A stretch of DNA of 64,000 bases from Octopus bimaculoides (GCF_001194135.2 NC_068981.1:86528751-86592750); one strand, 5' to 3'. Positions 41,198 through 51,553 are shown, counted from the first letter of the stretch. A program made the numbers and translations. Notes: a model not told the origin generated them from the sequence alone.

Positions 41198-42517
41198 CCT
41201 GTCTTTTACTAGAGTTCCATATTTAAACTACTGAGAAGCCATGTATTTTATGTATAAAATATTAGATATTCATTAGTATCCATTATGAACTGATAATCAA
41301 AAGAAATATTATACAATCAGTCTGTAATGGACAAAAGTAATATCTCCTAATACCAGGTAAATAAGTTGATATGTAATAAATGAATAATATAAAAATGATA
41401 AAAAGTTAGAAAGATAAATGTGATGTGTTTTCTTATAAAGAATCAGGACCTAATACATTTTTTTAAAACTTTACAAAACACGAGAAAGCTGTTTAATTCC
41501 ATTTAAACAAGTTAGAAATGTTTCATTTTTTTTTCTATTATTATTAAGATGATTCTGTTATTATATAGCTTTCTTTAACTTTCAGTAATCTTTTATCTTT
41601 TATCATTTACTTGTTTAGGTCTTTGGGCTGTGGTCATGCTAGAGTACTGTCTTGAAGGGTTTGGTCAAACAAATTGATACTAGAGCTTATTTTTACGCCT
41701 AAATACTTATTCTATCAGCCTTTTTTGCCAAACCACTAAATCACAGAAGTGTAAACAAACTAACACTAAGTGCTAAGTGGTAGTTGAACAAACACAAAGA
41801 CACAAATACAAGGATGTGCACACACACACACTATAGGCTTTTTCAGTTTCTGTTTACCAAACCCACTAACAAGGCTTTGGTCAGCCTGGGGCTATCGTAA
41901 AAGATACTTGCTCAAGATGCCACACAGTAAGACAAAACCTGGAACTACGTGGTTGAGAAGTAAACTTCATACCACACAGCTTTGCTTGTGCCTATAAATA
42001 AATAATTTTGCATTGGCTGGGAATTGAACTCTGGCTGCCCTTGTAGCAGGTGAGCATTCTACCACTGAACTAAATTGTTTTACAAGAAGAATTACAAAAA
42101 ATTAACTATAAGACCAACAGCTATGTTGGTCTTATAGTTAATGTTCAACTCTCAGCTTGGCATCTTCTTTTGGACATGAACTAAAATACTTCATCCCAGC
42201 TTGATGGTCATATCATAACAAAAATATTACACTGAAATGCAATAGAAGCTGTTACATACCTTTACATCCTTCACAACTGAGAGCATTGTAGTGATAACCT
42301 GATGCACGATCTCCACATATTCTACAAAGCTCTTCTTCAGTTGTTTTTTGTGTTCTGTTAGATAGTTTTTGTGGTGTACTCTCCCAGGAATTCTTTTTCT
42401 CATCTGATTTATTTTGTGCTGTTGGAAACTCTGTTTGGCTTGCAATATTCATTGATACAGTTGTGAGAGGACCATTAATTTGGCTTATGGCCTCTTTTGA
42501 CGGACAAGCTTTCAAAA
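25679..42517 (-). CDS. EcR: Spliced nuclear receptor gene, NR1H group (ecdysone receptor / LXR / FXR-like); six coding exons covering part of A/B, DBD, hinge and LBD
   Basis: Manual join 42517-42260, 39746-39606, 36821-36529, 32558-32394, 30401-30179, 25917-25679. All introns are GT-AG with compatible phases (1,1,0,0,1), giving one open frame. Motifs: C4 fingers [53 protein letters not shown]; helix 1 [15 protein letters not shown]; signature [23 protein letters not shown]; [16 protein letters not shown]; ELRT...; AF-2 LVKEFF. NR1H assignment is strong; orthologue versus paralogue status is not determinable here. Confidence 0.92.
26631..27790 (-). mobile_element. Degenerate near-full-length mariner element in the last NR1H intron
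   Basis: TIRs ttgggtcatccc / gggatgacccaa with TA on both sides. Minus-strand fragments [29 protein letters not shown]...QCQQWFQKF (HTH) and [10 protein letters not shown]. Confidence 0.9.
28594..29859 (-). mobile_element. Full-length (1266 bp) mariner DD34D element, transposase disrupted
   Basis: Perfect 27-bp TIRs tcaggtcatcccataagttctgtctga with TA duplication. Minus strand gives [47 protein letters not shown], 34 residues between the two Asp. Contains stops and frameshifts. Confidence 0.95.
29872..30160. repeat. Locally duplicated intronic segment, copy 1 (copy 2 at about 31134-31415)
   Basis: Colinear diverged match, e.g. atgaagaaagaataggctttcaaactcaagca vs atgaagaaagaataggttttcagactcaagca, and tgtcaccagtaatccttgagaaaactg vs tgtcaccagtaatcttgataaaactg. 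Confidence 0.85.
30179..30401 (-). CDS. EcR: NR1H exon: LBD helix 5 to helix 8
   Basis: Acceptor ttattcccacAG, donor TCAG|GTGAGA. 223 nt, phase 0-1. [74 protein letters not shown]. Confidence 0.93.
31134..31415. repeat. Locally duplicated intronic segment, copy 2
   Basis: See 29872-30160. Confidence 0.85.
32394..32558 (-). CDS. EcR: NR1H exon: LBD helices 3-4
   Basis: Not in the ORF track. Acceptor atttttgtAG, donor AAG|GTAAG. 165 nt, phase 0-0. [55 protein letters not shown] contains the NR LBD signature. Confidence 0.94.
32779..32898. repeat. Compound trinucleotide microsatellite (TAC)n-(CAC)n-(CGC)n
   Basis: Seen directly. Confidence 0.9.
33712..33925 (-). mobile_element. tRNA-derived SINE, family B copy
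   Basis: Colinear with 38988-39216 (ggatgaaaggtaaagttgatctcagcagaatttgaactcagaac...gattctgccagcttgc). Confidence 0.8.
34015..34215 (+). mobile_element. 5' UTR fragment of an RTE-clade LINE
   Basis: ggcgtggtgacttgtgtgcatcaatgacccagagaactatgcc...ggtagggcctcccacgctggacagg...aaaggatagaggcc...ggggtttgtgtag...cctacc..gaaaaa..gttacagaagc matches my recollection of RTE 5' ends; no database check. Confidence 0.55.
34380..34740 (-). mobile_element. Degenerate non-LTR RT remnant
   Basis: Minus ORF with the YKYLG motif (RT domain 7) preceded by IENNKN. Confidence 0.4.
35849..36075. mobile_element. TTAA-flanked MITE-like repeat (piggyBac-like termini); partial copies at about 26455-26620 and 39265-39370
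   Basis: Three in-window copies share ttagcatttaa.c.ggccata...aaaatattctacc.gttt...ggccagattcagcctctcacac. Termini ttaa(a)cc...aaagggctaa/ggttaa. Confidence 0.55.
36110..36505 (+). mobile_element. tRNA-derived SINE, family A copy abutting the donor of the hinge exon
   Basis: tgtgtggtaaggaaatttgc...ggttcaattcc head and atgactgaatccagtcaaagaataaaag tail; reverse complement of family A. Confidence 0.7.
36529..36821 (-). CDS. EcR: NR1H exon: T-box/hinge and LBD helix 1
   Basis: Acceptor ttctctctattctAG, donor GAG|GTGAGG. 293 nt, phase 1-0. (C)[19 protein letters not shown]...[32 protein letters not shown] resembles EcR helix 1. Confidence 0.9.
36925..37200 (+). mobile_element. tRNA-derived SINE (CORE-like)
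   Basis: gagttcaattcctgg B-box and cttgagcaagacactt; related to 10706-11000. Confidence 0.6.
37470..37860 (-). mobile_element. tRNA-derived SINE, family A, best-preserved copy
   Basis: Minus strand: gcaggagtggctgtgtgataag (A box) ... ggttccgggttcagtcc (B box) ... ccttgggcaagtgtcttc, a (TG)n centre and a tgactgaaacaagtaaaagag tail. More than 10 related copies in the window. Confidence 0.88.
38140..38345 (-). mobile_element. SINE family A, 3' half
   Basis: Colinear with 37470-37680. Confidence 0.75.
38365..38830 (-). mobile_element. LINE (RTE-like) 3' end encoding three C2H2 zinc-finger motifs, one in-frame stop
   Basis: ORFs 38965-38645 and 38620-38411 share a frame: [17 protein letters not shown]...[26 protein letters not shown] ...[21 protein letters not shown]...[23 protein letters not shown]...KR..RK followed by C2H2 is typical of RTE ORF C-termini. 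Truncated upstream by a SINE. Confidence 0.7.
38845..38982 (-). mobile_element. SINE family A, 5' half
   Basis: Colinear with 37695-37835. Confidence 0.75.
38988..39216 (-). mobile_element. tRNA-derived SINE, family B, well preserved
   Basis: Minus strand: gagctggcagaagcgttag (A box) ... gagttcaaattcc (B box) ... gtcgactttgcctt. Copies at 33712, 49780, 57232 and 59640. Confidence 0.85.
39606..39746 (-). CDS. EcR: NR1H exon: second zinc finger
   Basis: Not in the ORF track. Acceptor tttcatAG, donor GAAT|GTAAG. 141 nt, phase 1-1. Translates (G)[46 protein letters not shown](C). Confidence 0.95.
41612..41997 (-). mobile_element. SINE family A copy
   Basis: Colinear with 37470-37860. Confidence 0.75.
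42009..42072 (-). pseudogene. tRNA-Gly(GCC)-derived pseudogene, 5' acceptor strand missing, anticodon mutated to GCT
   Basis: Minus strand tagttcagtggtagaatgctcacctgctacaagggcagccagagttcaattcccagccaatgca aligns without gaps to eukaryotic tRNA-Gly-GCC as I recall it (GGTTCAGTGGTAGAATGCTCGCCTGCCACGCGGGCGGCCCGGGTTCGATTCCCGGCCAATGCA). Differences are mostly G>A or C>T at CpG-like sites. Confidence 0.75.
42101..42142. repeat. Perfect 19-bp hairpin with 4-nt loop
   Basis: attaactataagaccaaca-gcta-tgttggtcttatagttaat. Confidence 0.9.
42260..42517 (-). CDS. EcR: NR1H exon: A/B region and first zinc finger (P-box EGCKG)
   Basis: Acceptor ttttctctAG (42519-42518), donor AAAG|GTATGT (42259). 258 nt, phase 1-1. 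Encodes ...[27 protein letters not shown](G). In-frame Met at about 42452. Confidence 0.93.
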
Positions 42518-42613
42518 CTAGAGAAAACAAAACAAAATGAAAATAAAAATCAATTTTATAAAACAGATATAAAAAATTTTATATCTTATAATTTTGAACA
42601 ACTCCAACTTCAA

Positions 42614-42615
<2 letters not shown>

Positions 42616-42698
<83 letters not shown>

Positions 42699-42700
42699 AA
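42616..42700. repeat. (AAT)n-(AAG)n microsatellite
   Basis: Seen directly. Confidence 0.9.
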
Positions 42701-43214
42701 ATGCCCTGATGCAGTACCAGGCACTGGATCTCATGGCTTCTGATTTTAACTGATTGGAAGTGTTATCATGTACATTCTTTTGTCTTGATATAAAAGATGG
42801 GCTACAGCAAATATTCTACTCAATACCACAGATTTGCTTGTCAGTTGTTTGATCTTAACCAGTTGAGCATGTTCCTTAGTGGCTGACAATATGTGTATCT
42901 CTGATCACAAACATAGCCATGTGTTGAAAAGAATTCTTTGGGGTTTGGATAATTCACCTCTGGAAACATCCTTAAACAACCCTTATTCAGGGACATTTTG
43001 AGTGAGATGAGCTACTTGACCTGAAAAATATTCTAATTGGGCCCCATCTGCAAGGTCACACACTGTTTATCTTGATATGAGATCACCATGTCATGCACAT
43101 ATGATTGTCATGCATGTGCCTGGTGCACCCTTATCAGATGGGTAGTCACGATGGGTATATTGGGCTTTGTATATTTTACCGCAGTGTCATTTTGATGGCA
43201 TGCACTTGGGGAGA

Positions 43215-44235
43215 GGACTTATTGGATGCAACACAGCATTAGAGTAGAAGAAAACAACATAGCATGGTATGTAAAAAATGCCACAGAACCGCTGTTATTA
43301 GAAGTAAGAAGGTCAGGCTTGTGTAGGATGAAAGATTGCAAAGATAAAGTACTATACAAGAAATTGAAAACGAATGAAACTGAAAATAGGTGGGTAAAGA
43401 AAAGAATGCATGGACAATTCCATAGGGATGTTGAAGATGAGACACACAGAGAAAAAAGATGGCTGTGGATGACTAAAAGTGATTTAATACCGGAAACAGA
43501 GGCTCGAATATGTGCTGCCTAAGAGCAAGCCTTAAGAACAAACTACATAAAATACAGAATAGACAACACATCAGAAAGTGATAAGTGCAGAATCTGTGAA
43601 CAAAATGGCGAATCTATATGACATATTACCAGCCAATGTACACCACTAGCCCAGAAGGAATATAAGAGATGCCACGACAATATAGCAAGGCTTGTCCATT
43701 GGACACTTTGTAACAAGTATGGACTTGACAGAGCAAAAAATTGGTACAACCACAAACCTGAAGGCATCATCGAAAATAGTACTGCAAAGATCCTATGGGA
43801 TTTTATGATTCAGTGTGACCATGAGATAGAGAAAAGGAAGCCAGACATAGTCTTAATTGAGAAAGAAAACAAACTATGCTGGATCATAGATATAGCATGC
43901 CCAACTGACAACAAGGTATGCAATAAGGAAGAAAGAAAATTTGAGAGATATGACAGGTTAACTTGGGAGGTTAAGCAGTTGTGGTCAATAAAATGGGTGG
44001 TAGTAATACCAATAATTGTCGGAGCCCTGGGAACAGTGAGTAAAAATCTTGAGAAGTACGTGGAACAAATAGGGGCTGCAATAAGGGTGGAGCACTTGCA
44101 GAAAACAGCACTGCTTGGAATTGCTTGAATACTCCGGAAGGTGCTCGAAAAATAAGAGGTGTTACTTTAGTTCACTGGTAGTGAACAGCTGACACTGTAG
44201 TACATCTCCAACGTTAAAAGCTGTGCAAAGGCAAT

Positions 44236-44290
<55 letters not shown>
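43215..44290 (+). mobile_element. R4/Dong-type non-LTR retrotransposon 3' part (CCHC plus restriction-like endonuclease), with (AAT)n tail
   Basis: CRICEQNGESI*HITSQC (C-x2-C-x8-H-x4-C), HDNIARLVHW, ILWDFMIQCDHEIEKRKPDIVLI...IIDIACP...KFERY...PIIVGALG...LQKTALLG. Several stops. Confidence 0.88.
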
Positions 44291-44291
<1 letters not shown>

Positions 44292-44292
<1 letters not shown>

Positions 44293-44632
44293 GGACTTTC
44301 CAGTATGTACAGACCAGACGGTCAAAGCAAATAAACCAGATATTGCTGCAAAAGATCAAAACAATAGAGTCTGTTTATTGATTGACATGAGTATACCCTA
44401 CGACCATAAAAGAATTTGATAAGCTCAGAAAATATAAAGATTTGCTAATTGAAATCGAAAAGATGCGGTGTCTCAAGATGGTTACAATACCAGTGATTGT
44501 AGGAGCGCTTGGAATGATTAAGAAAAGGAACTGAAAATTATTGAAGACTGATCCCTGGTTTACCATCCCTGCAGGAAGTGCAAAAGATTGTCTTGACTGG
44601 TACATCACATGTACTGAGAAGAGCATTGTCAC
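44292..44632 (+). mobile_element. Second, more diverged R4/Dong-type endonuclease fragment
   Basis: DFP..TDQTVKANKPDI...LIDMSIPYDH, KYKDLLIEIEKM...PVIVGALG, LQEVQKIVLTGTSHVLRRAL across frames. Confidence 0.7.
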
Positions 44633-46255
44633 TGTGAATTTTCTTTATTTTTTTCCCCTTTATTTTCTTTGTTTGCTTTTTTCTATTTTTTCCTTTTTCT
44701 CTCTATCTTTCTTCTCTTTTTTCTCTATCACATGACTTGGTAAATGAACAATCTGGTGTGTTTATTTTAATGGTCTACCAAATGTCTACAATGAGTTTCT
44801 CTACTCTAGGTGTCAGGAAGACACTTGGCATGAAATGGAAACAGAATTGAAAGAAAATGATAATGATAATAATAATAAGAACGATGATAATAATAATAAT
44901 GATAATAATAGTGATGATGAATATAATGATTATTTCTAACATAGACAAAGTTAGCCTTAATGGGAACTCAGAATGTAAAGAGCTAAAACAAATATCAGCA
45001 TAGCATTTTGTCTAATGCTCTACCAATTCTACAAGAGCAAAAATGATTGTTATATTAACATGTTTGCCAGTTTAATTTCACTTCAATTCCCAACACAGTA
45101 GAATCACTTTAATGTTGTAATTAGATGTTAAAAAGACAAAAATAATAAAGCTAAATTCGTAATAATCTAACAACTGCAAGATTTTTTTTATATTTGTTTG
45201 ACTGTTGGAAATGAAATCTCTAAATCTAGAAATGCCAATTAACAATGGCAATTTTAAAGTACAATTCACAAAACTGCTCTCTCTCTCTCTCATTCATTCA
45301 TTCATTCAAAGACATTGATTAATTAGACAGAGAAAAAAGACTTTTGTCAGCAAGAGATTTGCTAGCGTAGCCTGTAAAGATGTTTCTGATTCATGTGAGT
45401 TGTCTTAGGTATAATTTATAGTGAGTTTAATAAGAAAGTTTGTCAGCCACTCTTTTTCTAAAGTTTTGTCTAATGTCTACTATGACAAATACGATTTCAA
45501 ATCAATTTTGTAAAACTTAGGAAAATTTTCTTTTTTTTCAGCAACAGTAGCAATTATGAACAGTAATTCTATTAAATGTGTTAGAAGAAAAATAGAAACA
45601 TTATGTAAATGCTCCAAGTCTAAAGTGAATAACTACAACTGTACAAACTTCAAAACTAAACCAGGATGTAAAATTATACCTAGGACAACATACATGACTG
45701 AAAGCTATATCTATCAATATGAAAAAAGATTTTAACTTTCAAAAAGCAAAGTCCATAAGGCATCTTAATCACCAGTTGAAGCCAGTTCTTTTCATTTGTT
45801 CTGTTAAGAGTTTTGAGAAAAACAAGCATTATACAATCTCTTCTCTCATCTATAAAGTTGTAGCCTAGAACCTAAATAAGAAGTCATTTATAACACTACA
45901 GGGAATTATGGGGATTTCACTAACATTGCAATAATGATATCACTGCATGTCTTAAATTTCTTCCATAATCTTCCATATCTTCAAATTTGTTCATTAATGT
46001 TACATTTATAAATCATATATTAAAATAAGTCACTTTTGCAAGACGATATAGTTAGATTACTAGTGCATGCATAGAGAGTCTGCAAATAAGATATAGATAG
46101 AACAAATTGCTTAGCATCAATAAATATATTTAACAAAGAATACAAAATGTTATAACTGGGAATAGAGTGTTGTGAAAACTAAAGGGAAAGAAAAAAGACA
46201 AGGTTTTTTTTAATTTCTAAAACAATAACAAAATCTTTTTTCAGTTCATCTACAT

Positions 46256-46575
46256 CAGTGGTTCTCAAGCAGGGTCCATATAAGACTTTTGGAGGTCCAT
46301 GCAAGCAAAGTAGTAAATTGAAGATCCACAGTAGAATTTTATGCCCATGAAAAAATTTTGCTTTAGATATATTTATTGCAAGAAACAGCTAGGTTTCTGT
46401 CTCTATCATTTTACATTAGTTCAGCCTACACAAGTTAATGTGTGAAAAACAAAGTAAGAATTTTGAGTGAAGTAGCTATAAAACTAGTTGATAAACATTA
46501 AATGGCTATGGAGGTCCACCAGAGTTAAATAGTAATCAAAGGAGTCCATAGATGAAAAATAGTTGAGAATCGCTG
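46256..46575. mobile_element. hAT (Charlie-like) MITE, 320 bp
   Basis: TIRs cagtggttctcaa / ttgagaatcgctg. Flanks atctacat and atct(ct)acat approximate an 8-bp NTCTAGAN-type target duplication. Confidence 0.8.
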
Positions 46576-47104
46576 ATCTCTACATCATACAGAAAATTTT
46601 GCCATTTCTTTTAATAGAAGAAATTAAAAACAAGTAATCCTTCTACTACTGTGAATAGTAATATACTGGATTTCTGGTTGAGTTTGCAATATGAACTTAA
46701 AAATTGGATGAAATTTTATTATAAGATCTAAAATCAATCACAAATTTTATTATTTTCTCTACATGATGTTAAAAAATTCATCTATTACAAAGCAACAGCC
46801 AGTCAAAGTTCTATCACAAAATAAGAATTCTGAAAACTTAACTATAAATGACACAAACTCCCTTTAGAAAATATTGTTAAGCATTTGAAAACTGTTCTCT
46901 ACAAGACAAGTACTTTAAAAAATTGTCCAACTTAATAGATGAGGCAAGTACTATAAATCTGTCCTACTATAGGCAAGGTAAGTACTTTAGAAATTCCCGA
47001 CTTAACAATAGGTGAGGCAAGCACTTTAGAAAGGTTTAATTTTCAATTTAGAATAGAATGGAGGAAATTAACATGATTCAAAAATATTACAGAACCTTTT
47101 CAAA

Positions 47105-47445
47105 GTTTAAACCTTTTTGATACCAGCCCATCCGAGACTGTCCCTTGTACTATAATACATTCTTTTTTCACAAAACAAGGAGCAGTCTACTTTCTTTTTT
47201 TAAAGGCATTAAATTAAAACTTTCCATCAAAATTCCATACATCAGCCTAACCCTTTTGATACCAACCCACCTATGACAACCTTTGATTCAATAATGCAAA
47301 TCTTCCATCAAAATCCTATCTTAAATTATTTTCCAAATATCAGGTTAATAAAGACAATGTTATCTTACTAAATTTTTTATATTTTTAGAATAAATTGAAA
47401 CAAAAGCAGAGCATTTCAACAGAAATAGGTAATAAAAGGGTTTAA
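47105..47445. mobile_element. TTAA/CCC-terminated MITE-like repeats (piggyBac-like); family also at 52680-52880 and 53281-53497
   Basis: Two starts (ttaaacctttttgatacca.cc and ctaacccttttgataccaaccc) and end aaaagggtttaa. The reverse complement of 53460-53497 (ttaaccctcttggtaccaacccacccaagactgtccc) matches. Confidence 0.55.
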
Positions 47446-47869
47446 TATATTTAAAAGAAAAAGTTACTTACTCTTTCCCATATTACTTGATGACTTTTTA
47501 AAATTGTTATCTTCTTTTGGACATGAACTAAAATACTTCATCATAACTTGAAGGTCATGTTACCAGGCAATTGGTTAGTAGTCATTTAAAATTTGAAGAA
47601 TACTTGAAATTCTGCAATAGCAAAGCAAAAATAAAAATAATCATTGGAATGAATCTTTATTTTTATAGAAATACTTTACATGAAATTTATGCATGTAGTT
47701 AAAATACAGATGTTGATGATGATATTATTTTTATTATTATTTGTTATTGTAGCTTTGTTTTACATGAGCTGTTCTGTGTCTTACTCAGAGACCTCAAGTA
47801 ACAGCAAATTGGATGTTTTACTATGAATATTATTTATGATTAGCTGTGATATATATTATACTGGAAGGA

Positions 47870-48140
47870 GACCAGAGTCTGAGAACTAAGATTCTGTTGA
47901 ATCTGTTAGAGTTTTAAGAGAATCAGGTATTTTCAGGTTGATGATATTTTTCTTAGGATGTGAACTACTGTTCACATCCTAAGAATTTTTTGTAGTTCTG
48001 ATCCCTTGGGTTTTCTTAGTATTTGGCTATAGTTTTTAAGAGTGCCTTTTGGTACTGACCCTAAATCTCTGATGATCACAAGTACAGTTGCTGTTCTTAG
48101 ATGCCACATTTTTGAGACTTCTATTTAAAGACCCTTATAT
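47870..48140 (-). mobile_element. Degenerate R4/Dong-type endonuclease C-terminal fragment
   Basis: YKGL*IEVSKMWHLRTATVLVIIRDLGSVPK...LQKI on the minus strand. Confidence 0.5.
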
Positions 48141-48179
48141 TTACTTCTTCTTCTTCTTCTTCTTATTATTATTTTCATA

Positions 48180-48800
48180 TACACTCAACAGATTAGACTG
48201 TTGGAAAAGAAAAGAATCCTAACACTGGGTTACAACAAATAGCCTTAGATGCCAAGAACCCTGCTATTGGGTTACAAGAAGTAACTTTGGATGCCAAGAA
48301 CCCTCCTAAGTATCCTAGCTGTCCCTAACACTTTTCTGGAGCTGTACTAAACTGCTCCAGTTTAGTACAGCTTTCTGGAGCTGCACCTATAGCTACTGGG
48401 ATACATTTTACTCACACTTTCCATAGTCTCTGTAATTCAATAGCTAGGTCCTGGTACTTTGTTATTTTTTCTATACTTCTCATATTAATTTTTTCATCAT
48501 TTGAGACTGTAAAGTCAATTATCTGGCACTTTCTATTCTCTTTATCTACTACTACCAAATCAGGCATTCTACCTTCTATTACTCTGTCAATCTGAATGTT
48601 AAAGTTCCACAACATCTTGTATTTCTTACTTTCTAGTACTTTACTAGGTTCATGTTCATATGATTTATCAGTATATTTAAATCCTAGCTTTCCACATAGT
48701 GGACTACTCTCCCTAGATTGTCATGTCTTTTCTTGTATTCTTTCTGTGCCAGCATGCTACATTCGCTTACTATATGAGTAACGCTTTCCTCTTTTGATTT
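48180..48800 (-). mobile_element. R4/Dong-type LINE 3' fragment
   Basis: ORF 48615-48412 MLWNFNIQIDRVIEGRMPDLVVVDKENRKCQIIDF...KYQDLAIELQRLWKV (RLE PD..D motif). The 3' part has a 42-bp tandem duplication and a 15-bp hairpin at 48340-48372. Confidence 0.8.
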
Positions 48801-48843
48801 GCATAATCTACATTGAGAATCTATCATTCTTCTTCTTCTTCTT

Positions 48844-48874
<31 letters not shown>

Positions 48875-49779
48875 TTATTATTATTAGTAGTAGTAGTATT
48901 ATTATTATTACTTGGTATCAAGAATGGGTATGACAAAAAATGTATAAGATTGCAATAATCCAATTGAGACATTTGATAAAGATTAAAAAATACAATATAA
49001 ATTGCATACAATTGTAAAACTGTCTCCAATAACTCCACAGGGTTCATAACATCTAGTAATTGTTACTTAGCAATGACTGAACAATCCTATGATCAAAGAC
49101 ATATCATCCATGAACACACCATTTTTTCCCAACATAGTGCATATAGGACTACATCATCTATGGTACACTATGAGATTTGAAAAAGATTTAGATGCCATTT
49201 CTAGCAAGCTAAGCAATCATGTAGAGGTTCCATCACTATTTCAACATTATGGCTGATGTTTAGGTCTAGCTTAATGTTTTAAGCAGTTCAGATAAATCTA
49301 CTCATGAATTACATGCTGGGTCAATCAGAAAGAACAATGTAGAAGTGAGATGACTGAATAAGCTATTGGACTACCTACCAGCTGGAATGCTAAGAGTTCA
49401 CATGAACTACAAGTACTTTGTTAAATGTTTGGGTGGAGCTGTTTATTCTATTTTTACTTTAGCTCACATATTTGTCAAAAATAAGCAGCAGATCACCTGG
49501 GAATATTAGCCAGTTTATTGACTGGTATCTTATCCTGGGGTGAAAGTTGTCTTTTGCTCACATGACACCATAAAACTGGAGGGAGCAAGCACCAGCTCCT
49601 AAAAACTTTTTGAGATTTTAGCAGGCATATATAATTTATATTTGTAAGTTTCCAAAAGATCTGATACTTATGTCTAATAACAGCAGTGGATTTGAAACTC
49701 ATTGTCAATACCAAATAAGACATATGGTCCATGCAAACATGGGAGAAGGGGTGTATAGTGGCAAAACAAATTTCTGGCA

Positions 49780-49958
49780 GTGAAATTAAATCCCTTACTG
49801 GATTAAAATTTTGGCACAAAGCCAGCAGGTTTGTGGAGAGGACCTAAGTCAATTAAATCGATCCTAGTGTTTAACTGAAAGGATGAAATGCAAAGTTAAC
49901 ATTGGTGGAATTTGAACTCAGAATATGAAGACAGACAAAATACAGCCAAGCATTTTGC
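49780..49958 (-). mobile_element. SINE family B copy (degenerate)
   Basis: ggatgaaatgcaaagttaacattggtggaatttgaactcagaa; colinear with family B. Confidence 0.65.
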
Positions 49959-50357
49959 AAATGTGAAATTAAATCTCATATTAAGCATTTTTAAAGAATA
50001 ACCTATTTCCTTTTAAATGTATATTTGCTGAAATCTTTATAATTGAAATTATTTTGGAAAATAGACAATATTATATCAAAAGCCTAAGATGTAAAAGAAT
50101 AAACATTCAACTAATGTCGAACTATTCATCATCATCGTCGCCACCTCCACCATCATTTTAACATCCACTTTTCCATGTGTCAGACAGAATTCATTGAGGC
50201 AGATTTTCTTCCTGTTACCTTCCTGTTACCAACCTTCAATTGTTCCCAAGTAAGGTAATAGTTTCCCATGATCAGAACATGATTGAAAACAAATGACACT
50301 GATTGTATGATGGTGATACACAATTTCAACTATCACACAATGTCAAGACAAGGAGGT

Positions 50358-50394
<37 letters not shown>

Positions 50395-51495
50395 TGCACA
50401 CACACGTATGTATGTATACAATGGGCTTCTTTTAGTTTCAGCCTACCAAACTATTCACACAGCTTTGGTAAGCCTGGGACTATGGTAAGCCTGGGACTAT
50501 GGAAGACAGTAGCCCAAGGTGCCTTACAGTGAGACTGAACCTGAAACCACATGACAGGGAAGCAAAATTATATATAAAAATAAAAATTTATAAAGTTTCG
50601 AAAAAATTTTTGAAATGTATNNNNNNNNNNNNNNNNNNNNNNNNNNNNNNNNNNNNNNNNNNNNNNNNNNNNNNNNNNNNNNNNNNNNNNNNNNNNNNNN
50701 NNNNNNNNNNNNNNNNNNNNNNNNNNNNNNNNNNNNNNNNNNNNNNNNNNNNNNNNNNNNNNNNNNNNNNNNNNNNNNNNNNNNNNNNNNNNNNNNNNNN
50801 NNNNNNNNNNNNNNNNNNNNNNNNNNNNAAATAAATAAAAGTAAAATAAAAAACTAAACAAAAAAAAAAAGAAAGGTTCTCAGCAAAGCATATTCTACTT
50901 AACTGGCTTGTTTTGTGGCTATTTTATTTCACATTTTTAAAGCTTATTGGATACACAATCTTGGTAGGTCTAAGAAATTGTGGCTGCATGCATAGATAAC
51001 AACAAAAATCTGTTATAATGGTTGGAAAATTAAAGTTAATTAAGAATATTTGAAATGTAAAGAAATTCTCATTTATTTTTTGAAATCAAATTTTTCTATA
51101 AAAGTGAATATTCAGTGATGAATCTTATTGTGATTTTAAAGCAGTGGAGCAGCAAAAATGTTTGAATGCCAAACTAAATGGATTTTGGTAGTTTGTGTTA
51201 TTGTTTATTCTAATTAAGGTTTTAATTTTCAATTAAAGTTCTTAAATTAATGAAACAGAAAACTGAACCACTTGAAATAAAGTGTAACAAAAATTATTAT
51301 GACAGTAAAAAATAATTATTACTACCAAAACAAATATTTAAAGAAAGAATTTACTCATTTATTAATATTAAATATTACAACCAGCATTAAACATTTACAA
51401 AACATCATTCATTCAACACTATACTATACTACCATACCAAGAGAAGTCTTAGTGAACCATTCAACTATCCTTTAATTGATTTTCATGTAAAACAC

Positions 51496-51553
51496 CTGCA
51501 TAGTGTCCATGGTGAGGAAAAGTACTATCAACTAGTTTCTTCTCTCTTTTCAT
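51496..51553 (-). CDS. Candidate start-codon exon of the NR1H gene (exon 51587-51496, ATG at 51553)
   Basis: Acceptor tttgtacAG (51589-51588). ATG AAA AGA... gives MKREKKLVDSTFPHHGHYA+G, then donor CAG|GTGTTT. Its phase-1 end matches the phase-1 start of the 42517 exon. No homology support; donor +3 to +6 is weak. Confidence 0.4.
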
